Positions 8,408 through 17,206 of a DNA stretch of 32,590 nt are shown in pieces. The position numbers were made by a program, and so were the translations under genes. Source of the DNA: a virus (taxonomy: Duplodnaviria; Caudoviricetes); the IMG/VR virus record IMGVR_UViG_3300010273_000008, positions 1-32,590 of that record, one strand, 5' to 3'. The stretch's first letter is position 1. The number at the start of each line of letters is the position of its first letter. Under the pieces are notes generated by a model. It searched no databases. It saw only the letters and a list, made by a program, of their open reading frames with translations, and was not told the origin of the DNA.

Positions 8408-8713
8408 TTAACATTTACAAACTATTTGCATATTTCCAATTACACCATTTCTTTTATCATTTGTTAAATAAAAAGTTTCTTTTTTATATTCATATTTACA
8501 TGGTTTAATACTATTAATCAAGTCAATTATGTCATCCCATTTCTTACCACTTCGCCTTACTGTAAATTCTGCTGGATGATAACCATCGCTAAAATATCCA
8601 ACAAAATCAATATCATTATCAATAAATAAGTTAGCAATTTTACAAACAATGCTTGTCGTTATATCGCCATATACCTTGAATTTTAAACAACGTTCTGTTA
8701 TATAATTATTCAT
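8408..8713 (-). CDS. hypothetical protein
   Basis: AAGGAGG RBS. Confidence 0.75.
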   Translation of the reverse strand: MNNYITERCLKFKVYGDITTSIVCKIANLFIDNDIDFVGYFSDGYHPAEFTVRRSGKKWDDIIDLINSIKPCKYEYKKETFYLTNDKRNGVIGNMQIVCKC

Positions 8714-8743
8714 AAATTTAAACCTCCTTATATTGATATAAAA

Positions 8744-8920
8744 TTATGTTCTCGTTATTCTTACGTTCTTCTCAATCTCTTTTGCTTGTTTAATAAATAT
8801 CTTCTGTTTTGATTCAGGCAACATATCAAACATATCCCAAAACATTTCCATAAGATACATATCTCCAATACGCTCTGCAATTTCTTCTAGTTCTTTACGA
8901 TTCTTTTGTTTGTTTGTCAT
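8744..8920 (-). CDS. small hypothetical protein (58 aa, not in track)
   Basis: MTNKQKNRKELEEIAERIGDMYLMEMFWDMFDML...; AAGGAG RBS. Confidence 0.7.
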   Translation of the reverse strand: MTNKQKNRKELEEIAERIGDMYLMEMFWDMFDMLPESKQKIFIKQAKEIEKNVRITRT

Positions 8921-8939
8921 GCTGTTATACTCCTTTCTG

Positions 8940-9188
8940 TTATACTTTCTTTTTTATTGGATCATATGGTAACCTATACATACAATCTTCATTCCATTTA
9001 TACCCTGCCATTTCTGGATGCTGTTCCTCTATAATTTGTTTTACATTATTCCAATCTATAACATTACAATTGTTAAAAAGAATTCTTCTAAGAATTATTT
9101 CATTTGATTTATCTTCTTGAGGAAGTATATATTGACTAAGATATTCAAAAATCGTTAAATTATTTTTCTCGTTTAGCATTATAAACAC
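8940..9188 (-). CDS. hypothetical protein
   Basis: AAGGGAG RBS; probable start ATG at 9179. Confidence 0.7.
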   Translation of the reverse strand: MFIMLNEKNNLTIFEYLSQYILPQEDKSNEIILRRILFNNCNVIDWNNVKQIIEEQHPEMAGYKWNEDCMYRLPYDPIKKKV

Positions 9189-9240
9189 TCCCTTTCAATC
9201 AAATTATACTTTTATCTAATATTTGCTGTTATGGTTGTTA

Positions 9241-10104
9241 TTAATAACAATGTATTCTTTCGATTTTTCTCGTTCCATCTGGCATAGCATATTCTATTAT
9301 ATTATCAAAAATACAATCTAAATCTTTTTCGCTACATTCATCCATCCACTCACGAATTACTTGTGGTTCACCTGTTTCTTTTGCTTTTGCAAAAATAGCA
9401 TCAAGTTTCTTTTTATACGCTTCTCGTTTTTCTAAAATTGGCTGGAGAATATCAGATAATTTCATTTCAAAGCCAGTCACAATTGTTTCCTTAAACCCAT
9501 GATATTTTTGAACTTCGCTGTTATATTCATGGTTTAAAACTTCTCCAAGGTCTTCAATAGTACCTATAGATTTTTTAACTATTCTTTGGATATAATCACA
9601 AGGGTTAGACACAAACTCATTTTCACCCACGATTTTTTTAATCGCTCTTTCCATAATGTTTTGTTCTAATCCTTGCAAATCTTCAGGTAAATTTCTTATC
9701 CATGCTTGATAATGTGGAAAATCACAACCAACAATACTAAAATGAATATTTCTTTTGCCTTCTACCAATTCATTAACCACTTGATTTATATTACTTTCTC
9801 TTTCAATTTCAAATTGTTTTAAAAGACTTTTAACTTCTTTTAAAATTTCTTCAGGAAGTCCAACACCTCCAAAAGTTTTACCTTTTATCTTTACATTATA
9901 GAAAGTCATAGCGTTTTTATCTGGCAAAAATTCAGAATTATAGAAATAACCATCATTATCTTTATTCTCTTTTATACCTGGTATTTTATATTCCATAACT
10001 AACTTCCCATATTTATTAAGTTTGGGATTTCTGAATACAAATTTAATTCCCTGTTTTTCAAATTTTAAAGCTGCAACCATACCTTTAAATTCTTTATTAT
10101 CCAT
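9241..10104 (-). CDS. hypothetical phage protein (287 aa)
   Basis: Long ORF with AAGGAGG RBS; C-terminal Cys/His cluster. Confidence 0.85.
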   Translation of the reverse strand: MDNKEFKGMVAALKFEKQGIKFVFRNPKLNKYGKLVMEYKIPGIKENKDNDGYFYNSEFLPDKNAMTFYNVKIKGKTFGGVGLPEEILKEVKSLLKQFEIERESNINQVVNELVEGKRNIHFSIVGCDFPHYQAWIRNLPEDLQGLEQNIMERAIKKIVGENEFVSNPCDYIQRIVKKSIGTIEDLGEVLNHEYNSEVQKYHGFKETIVTGFEMKLSDILQPILEKREAYKKKLDAIFAKAKETGEPQVIREWMDECSEKDLDCIFDNIIEYAMPDGTRKIERIHCY

Positions 10105-10237
10105 GATAACCTCCTTGTTTTCTGTAAGTATTTTTATTCGCCCTTACAGTAGCGATATTTGTAGAATGAGGCTGTTTATTTTATACCGCCAACCTCATTA
10201 GAACGGCTGTTATTTGTTTTTCAATCAAAACCTTGTT

Positions 10238-10468
10238 TTATACAAACGTTTTGGCAGTATTGAAAAGCAATCCTTCCCATGAATAACCCGTTACCACTTC
10301 TTCACCATCTTGATTTTTCAATATATAAATTGCTCCAGCCTTTACTGCATAATAACCTTGTTTCATTAATCTTTTCATTAAATCACTAGTGTATCCTTTG
10401 CAATGTTCCCAATATATCTTCCCTTCCTCATAACTAATCTGATCATTTAATAAATAATCCTTCTTCAT
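10238..10468 (-). CDS. hypothetical protein
   Basis: AAGGCGG RBS; own promoter at 10522-10550; stop inside junction site 10224. Confidence 0.75.
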   Translation of the reverse strand: MKKDYLLNDQISYEEGKIYWEHCKGYTSDLMKRLMKQGYYAVKAGAIYILKNQDGEEVVTGYSWEGLLFNTAKTFV

Positions 10469-10521
10469 ACTATCAACCGCCTTTCAAATTATTAATATAA
10501 TTTATTTACCTTACATATTAT

Positions 10522-10550
10522 ATTTTATCACGGACTTTTTACATTGTCAA
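10522..10550 (-). promoter_or_regulatory. sigmaA promoter
   Basis: TTGACA-17bp-TAAAAT with extended -10 TG. Confidence 0.7.
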
Positions 10551-10812
10551 TATTAATATTTCTCAAAAATTCTTTTATATCAAAATGAAACTCTACTGCT
10601 ATATTTAATGCCTGGTTAAACATCGGTATATTTTTCGTGCCTTTGTTAGTCCATGCATACACATTACATGGACTATAACCTAAAGATATTATATCGGCTG
10701 GTTTAATGTTGTAAATATCCATAATACGTTTTAGATTAGCCTTTATAACCTTACGGTCTGTGCTGTTATACTGCTGTATCAATTGCAAAAATTGTGCCTG
10801 TGTATATTCCAT
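10528..10812 (-). CDS. XRE/Cro-like helix-turn-helix protein
   Basis: NLKRIMDIYNIKPADII..SPCNVYAWTN..IP.FNQALNIA pattern. Confidence 0.6.
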   Translation of the reverse strand: MEYTQAQFLQLIQQYNSTDRKVIKANLKRIMDIYNIKPADIISLGYSPCNVYAWTNKGTKNIPMFNQALNIAVEFHFDIKEFLRNINIDNVKSP

Positions 10813-10879
10813 TATATCACCTCTGTTATTCTGTTATAGTAATATTTTACTTTAAATAATTTACACTATCAATATTAAA

Positions 10880-11611
10880 TTATGCATTATCTTTTTTAAT
10901 TAAATCAATAATTGTTTTTATATCTTCAGCACTCACTCCCATGCAAACACCTGCATGTAACTCCAAATCTGTTATAATACCGTTTTTATCCCATCTAAAA
11001 TATGCCTTACAATCTTCTTTCGGAATTTGTCCCCATTTTGATTGGTTTTCAAAATATTTTTTCATGTAAGACAACTTTAGCAAGCTGTTATAGCTGATTT
11101 TATATACAGCATACCAATCTTTAGCATGAATAGGCCTTACTCCGTCCAGTTCGCTTATATTTACTTCAATATCTTTGTATGGTATATAATTTCCATCACT
11201 GGAATCGCATAATGGCTCTTCGCTCTTATGCACTTGTACTTCACCATTATTGTAAACCATCATATTATTAAATGAACAGTTTAAATTGTCATTCACAAAT
11301 TTTAAAATATTGTCTTTGTTATATTCAAAATGTATGTTGGTTAATGGCTGTAATTCCCTTGAAAAATTCCTATTATTATCCCAATTGCTATCACAATAGA
11401 ATAAATGGTCAATATGTGTAGCATAATTTAAGCCTTTCGCATACTCAGGAGTAAATTTTGGATTTTCAAAATGACAACATCCCATTTCTAAATATATAAC
11501 CCTTCCGCTGTTATTCCTTAAACGTGTTCTTATTCTGCAATTTGTAACATCTGTTGCCTTGCTTATGTCTGCACCTGCCCATCCTGCACCTTCAAAAACT
11601 AATGTTTTCAT
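10880..11611 (-). CDS. hypothetical protein (243 aa)
   Basis: Long ORF with AGGAGG RBS. Confidence 0.85.
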   Translation of the reverse strand: MKTLVFEGAGWAGADISKATDVTNCRIRTRLRNNSGRVIYLEMGCCHFENPKFTPEYAKGLNYATHIDHLFYCDSNWDNNRNFSRELQPLTNIHFEYNKDNILKFVNDNLNCSFNNMMVYNNGEVQVHKSEEPLCDSSDGNYIPYKDIEVNISELDGVRPIHAKDWYAVYKISYNSLLKLSYMKKYFENQSKWGQIPKEDCKAYFRWDKNGIITDLELHAGVCMGVSAEDIKTIIDLIKKDNA

Positions 11612-11746
11612 TTTCTTATGCCTCCTGTTATATTATTATTTCATAATTTCATTGTTGGATAGATGCACCTGCTAGAGCGTAAAACCCTAGCAGATACATC
11701 AATATAATTCTTCTGACTATTAATTGCTCCTGCATTTCCAATCCAC

Positions 11747-12919
11747 CTATATTGTGTTAGCATATGCATCCATTACATTGTCAGGAATATATGACGCGGC
11801 GAATTCTTCATCAAAACTGCTTAAAAATTCGTCAACATCTTCTGTGTTTACATCGTCAATTTCTACTTCTTCCTTTTTGGTATCTGTTTTATTTACCTTT
11901 TGATTTTTGCTATTTATCTGTACAAATCTGTTATATGCTTCTGTTATGGCTTGCGTCCTCTTCTTAATGCTTTCAGGTTTTGCAGATCCAGCACCTGCAA
12001 ATGCATTATAGGTTTCATCAATGCTTGCAGATCGCTTGCCTGCAAAGAAATACTTTACGAATTCGATAAAGGTTTCTAGCTGAATATTGTTATTCATAGA
12101 GCTTAGTGCTAATGGTACAAGGCTTAATAGATGGGTGCGTGTTACAATTCTTTTTGCTATCCTGGCATCCTGCTTCTCTCCTGTTGATATGATGTTCTGA
12201 TAGGTTTCTAATATTCTATCATATGCTTTAGTTAGTTCTGCGATTTGGTCATCTGTTACATCTGCATGTTCCATGAGTGGTCTAATAACCTTTGTTTCAA
12301 ATGATGGATTTTCAACGTTTAATAATGCCCATGATTTAATAACTAGTTCTTCATTCACGTATTTATTTAACATTTTTTCTGTTAATGCAGAAGTAAAAAG
12401 TGGATGGTTTGCAAGTTGCCGAATTTTTTCAATGCTTTTTGCACGAATGCGTGTAAGCTCAATCGAAGATAGAGGCTTTCCGTTGTTTAACCTAAAGAAA
12501 ATGGAATTAATTTCTTCATCGTCTAATTCTTCAAAGTAATAAATCGTTAATGAATAATCCTTAATCCTATCTTGAAATTCTTCGTCTAATTCATCAAAAG
12601 TTAATCCGTTAATATCTACCAATTCTCCTGATTCGGCTGTTACATCTGGTATATTTGCTAGCATAAACCTGTTATTCATAAAATCTGCAATTGTGGTGAT
12701 ACGCTGTCGCCCATCAAGCATTGAATATCTTTCGTTGTCTTTACTTGCAAACATCGGTGGTATGGGGAAATTCTCAATAAGACTGTGAATTAGTAATGAT
12801 TTCCTGTCATCGTCCCAACAAAAATTTCTCTGGATAGCATTGTCAAATACAATGTTACCCTTCTCCAGCATCTTAACAATCTGTTTGACTGTCCATGTAA
12901 TGTTAGCTTTTTTAATCAT
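11747..12919 (-). CDS. DUF262 (GmrSD N-terminal, ParB/Srx-like) domain protein with acidic tail
   Basis: IQRNFCW..RKSLLIHSLIENFPIPPMF..LDGRQRITTI..FFRLNNGKPLS motifs; no HNH/DUF1524 recognisable. Confidence 0.85.
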   Translation of the reverse strand: MIKKANITWTVKQIVKMLEKGNIVFDNAIQRNFCWDDDRKSLLIHSLIENFPIPPMFASKDNERYSMLDGRQRITTIADFMNNRFMLANIPDVTAESGELVDINGLTFDELDEEFQDRIKDYSLTIYYFEELDDEEINSIFFRLNNGKPLSSIELTRIRAKSIEKIRQLANHPLFTSALTEKMLNKYVNEELVIKSWALLNVENPSFETKVIRPLMEHADVTDDQIAELTKAYDRILETYQNIISTGEKQDARIAKRIVTRTHLLSLVPLALSSMNNNIQLETFIEFVKYFFAGKRSASIDETYNAFAGAGSAKPESIKKRTQAITEAYNRFVQINSKNQKVNKTDTKKEEVEIDDVNTEDVDEFLSSFDEEFAASYIPDNVMDAYANTI

Positions 12920-13009
12920 TATACATAACCTCCATAATATTATTTTTTGCCTGTTATGGCATGGGATAGGATTTTTAAGGCTGGAAAATCCTTCAAAAAC
13001 CTGTTATAC

Positions 13010-13285
13010 TCAATTATAAGCATTTAAAACAATTTCCATTTTGCAACAATCTATATTCAATGCTTCAAACCACACTCCCTCAATCTGAAAATCAAATATC
13101 CAATGCTTAGTTGTTATATCACTAAAATATATAGGCTTGTTAAATTGTTTAAGCTGGTTTATTATAGCATCATTAAGTAAATTATTGTTGTCTATTACTT
13201 TAAACATCCAAGTCCCTGCTGTTGTGCCTTCTAGTTGATAATTATTTGTTCCTTTTACTGTTATAACATTATCGGTTTTTATCAT
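13010..13285 (-). CDS. hypothetical protein
   Basis: AAGGAGG RBS. Confidence 0.75.
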   Translation of the reverse strand: MIKTDNVITVKGTNNYQLEGTTAGTWMFKVIDNNNLLNDAIINQLKQFNKPIYFSDITTKHWIFDFQIEGVWFEALNIDCCKMEIVLNAYN

Positions 13286-13466
13286 TGTTTTACCTCCTTT
13301 TTATATTAACTGTTTTATAATTTCCGTTCTGTTGAAATTCCTGCCCATGATCCAACCATGCACTTCAACTAAATATTTTTGTCCTGCTTTCATTTCCAGC
13401 ATTTTAAAACCTCCAATATTATATTGATATTTTGGGCATTTTAAGCGGATGCCCTAACCGCTGTTG

Positions 13467-13955
13467 TTATCTTTGTATGAAATTATATCCCCAGGTTGAC
13501 TTGTCTGTTATATCAACTATTTTATGGTAATATTTACCTGTCTTTTTTTCGTGTAAATATTGAGACGTATAAGAACCCGTTAAAAATTCAGACATACAAA
13601 ACATTTCAATATTGTTTATAGTACACCATTTAAGCGGAGGCAATATGTTTAACATTTCTTCGTATTTTTCCGCTGTTATTTCTGTTAATGGTTGGTTAAT
13701 GTAATAATCTTTTTGCTTTTGCAAAAATTCTTCAAATGTCATTATTTCATACTTCTTATTTTGTGCTTGTTTTAAGTAAGCCTTAAAGCTATCAACATCA
13801 GGGTAATTTTTACAATGGTTTTCCCATGTCTCAATATCTTCCTTATTTGTCCTAATAGCTTTTTGTAGCTTACGTTCTGCATCTTCTTGACTGTCTGCAA
13901 AATCGTAAATACTAAAATTTACAGTATCAGCTATACATAATTTGTTGTTATTCAT
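13467..13955 (-). CDS. DUF1419-like protein
   Basis: EITAEKYEEMLNILPPLKW..FCMSEFLTGSYTS motif; family recalled from memory, not searched. Confidence 0.55.
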   Translation of the reverse strand: MNNNKLCIADTVNFSIYDFADSQEDAERKLQKAIRTNKEDIETWENHCKNYPDVDSFKAYLKQAQNKKYEIMTFEEFLQKQKDYYINQPLTEITAEKYEEMLNILPPLKWCTINNIEMFCMSEFLTGSYTSQYLHEKKTGKYYHKIVDITDKSTWGYNFIQR

Positions 13956-13971
13956 TATAAAACCTCCTTTT

Positions 13972-14232
13972 TTATATTAATACTGTAAATAATTGGTTTA
14001 GCTTGTCCCAGTCGTTACATTCTGTTATGTCTTTTTTGTAAATATCTGGAGTAATATAACTATATGCTTTTAGGTATTCATTATAGCCTTTTACCCCTGC
14101 AATTGATAATATTTCACCTGTTATACCGTCAATAAATTGCTTTAATTCACCTTCCACATTACCCCATTTGATAGTTTTTGTATTTGTGTCAATTGTAAAA
14201 TCAAACTGATTTTTAAACCTGCATTTTAACAT
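13972..14232 (-). CDS. hypothetical protein
   Basis: GGGAGG RBS. Confidence 0.75.
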   Translation of the reverse strand: MLKCRFKNQFDFTIDTNTKTIKWGNVEGELKQFIDGITGEILSIAGVKGYNEYLKAYSYITPDIYKKDITECNDWDKLNQLFTVLI

Positions 14233-14611
14233 TTTAAAACCTCCCTTCTTACTTATTAATCATGTTACTTTTACAGAATTCAATTGCTGTCAATAAATTC
14301 TCTTCAGTTCCATATGCTTCATTATCAGATAAGAGATTATCCTCTTTAAAAATAATGTCTGTTATATAGTCGTTATCTCTAAAAACTGCAATATAAAATC
14401 TCATCATCTGATTATTAGAACCATGCAACCGTTATCGGCGGCAATTGATATTTTATATTCGCCAAACTCTAACGTCAAATTAATTAATGATCCAAATTCA
14501 TTAGCCATAAAAAATCCTGTCATTTTTTAAACCTCCTTTAGATTATAATTAATTTTACCATGATACTATAAGTACTGATTTTTAAACCTGCATTTTAACA
14601 TTTTAAAACCT
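14205..14611. repeat. 38-bp exact direct repeat (14205-14242 and 14574-14611)
   Basis: actgatttttaaacctgcattttaacattttaaaacct occurs twice; it is the 5' end of ORF 13972-14232. Confidence 0.9.
14249..14523 (-). pseudogene. frameshifted hypothetical gene
   Basis: AAGGAGG RBS; MTGFFMANEFG..ADNGC continues in another frame as GSNNQMMRFYIAVFRD..MINK*; 275 nt. Confidence 0.6.
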
Positions 14612-14644
14612 TCTAATTAACTTATATTAATTTTTTTGCAACCT

Positions 14645-14664
14645 TACGGGGATTATTCCCCGTA
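14645..14664 (-). terminator. hairpin, possible terminator
   Basis: tacgggga-ttat-tccccgta immediately after the stop of the upstream ORF. Confidence 0.45.
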
Positions 14665-14666
14665 TG

Positions 14667-14843
14667 TTATTTACTATTGTAAATTTCTTCCAATTTATCC
14701 CAATCTATTATGGCTGGTTCTCTTCCAATTTTTGTTAATGCCAATTCTCCGTCTTCGTCTTTCTTGAGCCAGTAGTAAATCTCCCTGGTAATAGCTATTT
14801 TTTTAGTCCCGTTTTTGTACTCTTGCAAAACTTTTACTTGCAT
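14667..14843 (-). CDS. small hypothetical protein
   Basis: AGGAGG RBS before ATG at 14843 (MQVKVLQEY...). Confidence 0.7.
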   Translation of the reverse strand: MQVKVLQEYKNGTKKIAITREIYYWLKKDEDGELALTKIGREPAIIDWDKLEEIYNSK

Positions 14844-14931
14844 TGTCAAACCTCCTAATATGTATTTTAGAGTGTTATTCACTCCATACAGCGCACTATT
14901 ATATTAATAATGCGCTGAAGCAACGAATAAC

Positions 14932-15150
14932 TTATGCTCTTTTAAGTAATGGTAATTCGGCTATTATTTCTTCTAACTCGTCGATCCTATCTTCCGTCAA
15001 TTCGCTATCCCAAAAAGCCATTAATTCTTGGCATATTTCATAAATCTGCCATAAATCAGCCTGGGATTCTTCCACTCCTAAAACGTTTACCGTTTCCAAT
15101 CCAGTTTCTACCAAGGTGTCAATAGTAATATACAACTTTCTGTAAGTCAT
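14932..15150 (-). CDS. small acidic hypothetical protein
   Basis: AAGGAGG RBS; own promoter. Confidence 0.75.
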   Translation of the reverse strand: MTYRKLYITIDTLVETGLETVNVLGVEESQADLWQIYEICQELMAFWDSELTEDRIDELEEIIAELPLLKRA

Positions 15151-15196
15151 TGTAAAACCTCCTTATTAATTTTTTCAATGTTCATTTTATATTATT

Positions 15197-15225
15197 ATTA
15201 TATCATATGTTTTTTATACTGTCAA
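15197..15225 (-). promoter_or_regulatory. repeated early sigmaA promoter
   Basis: TTGACA-17bp-TATAAT, extended TG, AT-rich UP element. Confidence 0.85.
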
Positions 15226-15266
15226 TACTATTTTTCAAAAATTTTTAAGTTTTTCATTGAATAAAA

Positions 15267-15461
15267 CTAACATTTTATTCCATTTTCTTGAAAAAAATTT
15301 AACAAGTCTTGTAATTCAGGAAATATATTTTTATATCTTCTTAATGTCCATCCCTTCCCCTTTAATTGACGAATAATAAAACTGTTCTCTTTATCAGAAA
15401 ATTGCTCTTTAAGATTTTTAATGTCTTGGCGTAATGTCTCATAATCATATACTTTTTTCAT
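15267..15461 (-). CDS. small hypothetical protein
   Basis: GGAAGGA RBS before ATG at 15461; stop inside junction site 15261. Confidence 0.7.
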   Translation of the reverse strand: MKKVYDYETLRQDIKNLKEQFSDKENSFIIRQLKGKGWTLRRYKNIFPELQDLLNFFQENGIKC

Positions 15462-15560
15462 AACATCATCCTTCCCATAAAATACCATCCTATAAAAAAT
15501 AGGTTGAGCGGAAGGCTGCTGTTATGCAGCCCGCCGGAATTCTCGGCTGTCTCCCTAGCC

Positions 15561-15719
15561 CTATTTTTCGCAATAATAATATTGTCCTGTTTTTTCGCTG
15601 TAATAAATTGGCTTATTAAAATTAAAAGGCACAACCTCGGCATCTCTTGGTAAACAATTAACTTCTTTTTTCTCGAATAATTTTTCCGTACCTGTAAAAG
15701 TTAATTCATAGATTTTCAT
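15561..15719 (-). CDS. small hypothetical protein (52 aa, not in track)
   Basis: MKIYELTFTGTEKLFEKKEVNCLPRDAEVV...; GGAGG RBS and own promoter. Confidence 0.7.
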   Translation of the reverse strand: MKIYELTFTGTEKLFEKKEVNCLPRDAEVVPFNFNKPIYYSEKTGQYYYCEK

Positions 15720-15750
15720 TCTTTTTTACCTCCATTTATTTTATATTTTT

Positions 15751-15779
15751 ATTTTAACATATATTTTTTATACTGTCAA
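15751..15779 (-). promoter_or_regulatory. repeated early sigmaA promoter
   Basis: TTGACA-17bp-TAAAAT. Confidence 0.8.
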
Positions 15780-15817
15780 TACTAATTTTCAAAAAATTTT
15801 AAGATAAAAGCAAAATT

Positions 15818-16042
15818 TCATTTATTCTTTTCTATAATATAAATACTTCTATATGGATAATATTCTGTTCTCTTGTTGATAGTATATTGAGGATATTTAT
15901 ATAGTCTTGCAATGTCCATTTCTAAGGCTGTTTTTGTTGAATATAGCGTTAATTCTATTGTATTTTTATCTATCTTTTTAAAATAGTATTCTTTTGTTTT
16001 AGGCTTATATAATTTTGCCTTAATCTCTGTAATTGTTAACAT
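15818..16042 (-). CDS. small basic hypothetical protein
   Basis: AGGAGG RBS; bounded by junction sites 15804 and 16066. Confidence 0.75.
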   Translation of the reverse strand: MLTITEIKAKLYKPKTKEYYFKKIDKNTIELTLYSTKTALEMDIARLYKYPQYTINKRTEYYPYRSIYIIEKNK

Positions 16043-16074
16043 ATTACCAACCTCCTGTTATTAAAATAAAAAGA

Positions 16075-16209
16075 CTATTTCATTAATTTACAATGTTTCT
16101 CAAAATAATCTGTTGTAACATATTTCCATCTGTTTTCTGTTATTGAGAATACCTCAACGCAAACAATTCCTTCTTTCACTACATAACAAAAATCTTTTAC
16201 TAATTCCAT
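16075..16209 (-). CDS. small hypothetical protein (44 aa, not in track)
   Basis: MELVKDFCYSVKEGIVCVEVFS...; AGGAGG RBS; bounded by sites 16066 and 16231. Confidence 0.7.
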   Translation of the reverse strand: MELVKDFCYVVKEGIVCVEVFSITENRWKYVTTDYFEKHCKLMK

Positions 16210-16247
16210 TGTAATCCCTCCTGTTATAGGATAAAATACCAGTTTTA

Positions 16248-16424
16248 TTAATAATACCTATGAAATAATTTCCAATACAATTCATCTAAACTATCATACG
16301 AACCCTTGGCACGGAGAAACATTTCTTTGACTTGAGGATTTTCTGAACCTCTGAAATAATCCATTTCTTTAGAATATTTTTCAAGCTGAGTTTCAAGATA
16401 TTGTTTTAATTCGGATTTTTTCAT
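16248..16424 (-). CDS. small hypothetical protein (58 aa, not in track)
   Basis: MKKSELKQYLETQLEKYSKEMDYF...; AAGGAGG RBS; bounded by sites 16231 and 16507. Confidence 0.75.
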   Translation of the reverse strand: MKKSELKQYLETQLEKYSKEMDYFRGSENPQVKEMFLRAKGSYDSLDELYWKLFHRYY

Positions 16425-16455
16425 TTTTTAATACCTCCTTAGATTTTATATTATT

Positions 16456-16483
16456 ATTATATCATATATTTTTATACTGTCAA
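16456..16483 (-). promoter_or_regulatory. repeated early sigmaA promoter
   Basis: TTGACA-16bp-TATAAT, extended TG. Confidence 0.8.
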
Positions 16484-16624
16484 TACTAATTTTAAAAATT
16501 GTTATGATAAAATCAAGTATTTATCGAATGTTATATTTACTCTTTTCTGTTATTTTTTGGATTTTTAATTATATGCTGTTATATATTTACAGTTATATAA
16601 TAAATTTTATATATAAAAACAGGC

Positions 16625-16647
16625 AAAAAAAGAGGCTCTAAGCCTCT
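16625..16647 (-). terminator. intrinsic terminator
   Basis: agaggc/gcctct hairpin followed by U-run on minus strand. Confidence 0.75.
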
Positions 16648-16668
16648 GTTATATTTGACTTACTTACT

Positions 16669-16887
16669 TTATATAGACAGTCTGATTGTGTTACCATTTC
16701 CGTCTTCCCAGCCGTCTACATCTGCCCCTGCGTCAAGATCTCTGATGATGGCATGCATATCGTCAATAGTTGCCGGGTAAATTGTACATATAAAATGTCC
16801 GTTATCAAGTATGATGTCAAATGCATGCAGGTCAAAATCAAAATGCTTCTCACATACCTTGTAACCGTTTCTTAACCAAGTTTTCAT
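16669..16887 (-). CDS. small hypothetical protein
   Basis: GGAGG RBS before ATG at 16887 (MKTWLRNG...). Confidence 0.75.
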   Translation of the reverse strand: MKTWLRNGYKVCEKHFDFDLHAFDIILDNGHFICTIYPATIDDMHAIIRDLDAGADVDGWEDGNGNTIRLSI

Positions 16888-16921
16888 GTTCTCAACCTCC
16901 ATATATTTATTTTATACTTAT

Positions 16922-16949
16922 ATTATATCATATATTTTTATATTGTCAA
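16922..16949 (-). promoter_or_regulatory. repeated early sigmaA promoter; LexA-like box AAAC-ATAT-GTTC upstream at 16985-16996
   Basis: TTGACA-16bp-TATAAT, extended TG. Confidence 0.75.
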
Positions 16950-17055
16950 TAGTAATTTAAAAAAATTATATTGCTATTTTATAAAAACATATGTTCGGTA
17001 TATAAGCAAAAAAATAAAGCCTTTACAGGCTTTAGATGAAATACCAGTATTTATC

Positions 17056-17120
17056 GGCTGTTATAACTTATTAAGGCTGTTATAACTTATCATAGCTGTT
17101 ATAATCAATTATGGCTGTCT
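17056..17120. repeat. 19-bp period tandem repeat built on GCTGTTATAA
   Basis: Cores at 17058, 17077, 17096 and a degenerate one at 17115. Confidence 0.85.
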
Positions 17121-17179
17121 CATTATTTTATATGTGCTTTATTGCTTTAATGCTTTACTGATTTAAAGTATAAAAACAT

Positions 17180-17206
17180 AAAAAAAAGAGGCTTTAAGCC
17201 TCTTTA
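17180..17206 (-). terminator. intrinsic terminator
   Basis: aaagaggc/gcctcttt hairpin plus U-run; near copy of the terminator at 16625. Confidence 0.75.

Larger units (their letters stand above)
2745..16524. repeat. dispersed 18-bp palindromic gene-junction sites, ATNAAW-N6-WTTYAW
   Basis: Copies start at 2745, 5276, 6228, 6998, 9198, 10224, 15261, 15804, 16066, 16231, 16507 (also 22047); variants at 5516, 6022, 6616, 8738, 17036. Confidence 0.75.

Noticed and set aside
15458-15643. 61-aa minus-strand ORF
   Set aside because: Overlaps the better-supported 15561-15719 ORF in another frame and crosses a GC-rich hairpin region; no RBS.
17056-17120. Mini CRISPR array
   Set aside because: 19-bp period with no spacer-length unique segments, and no cas genes.
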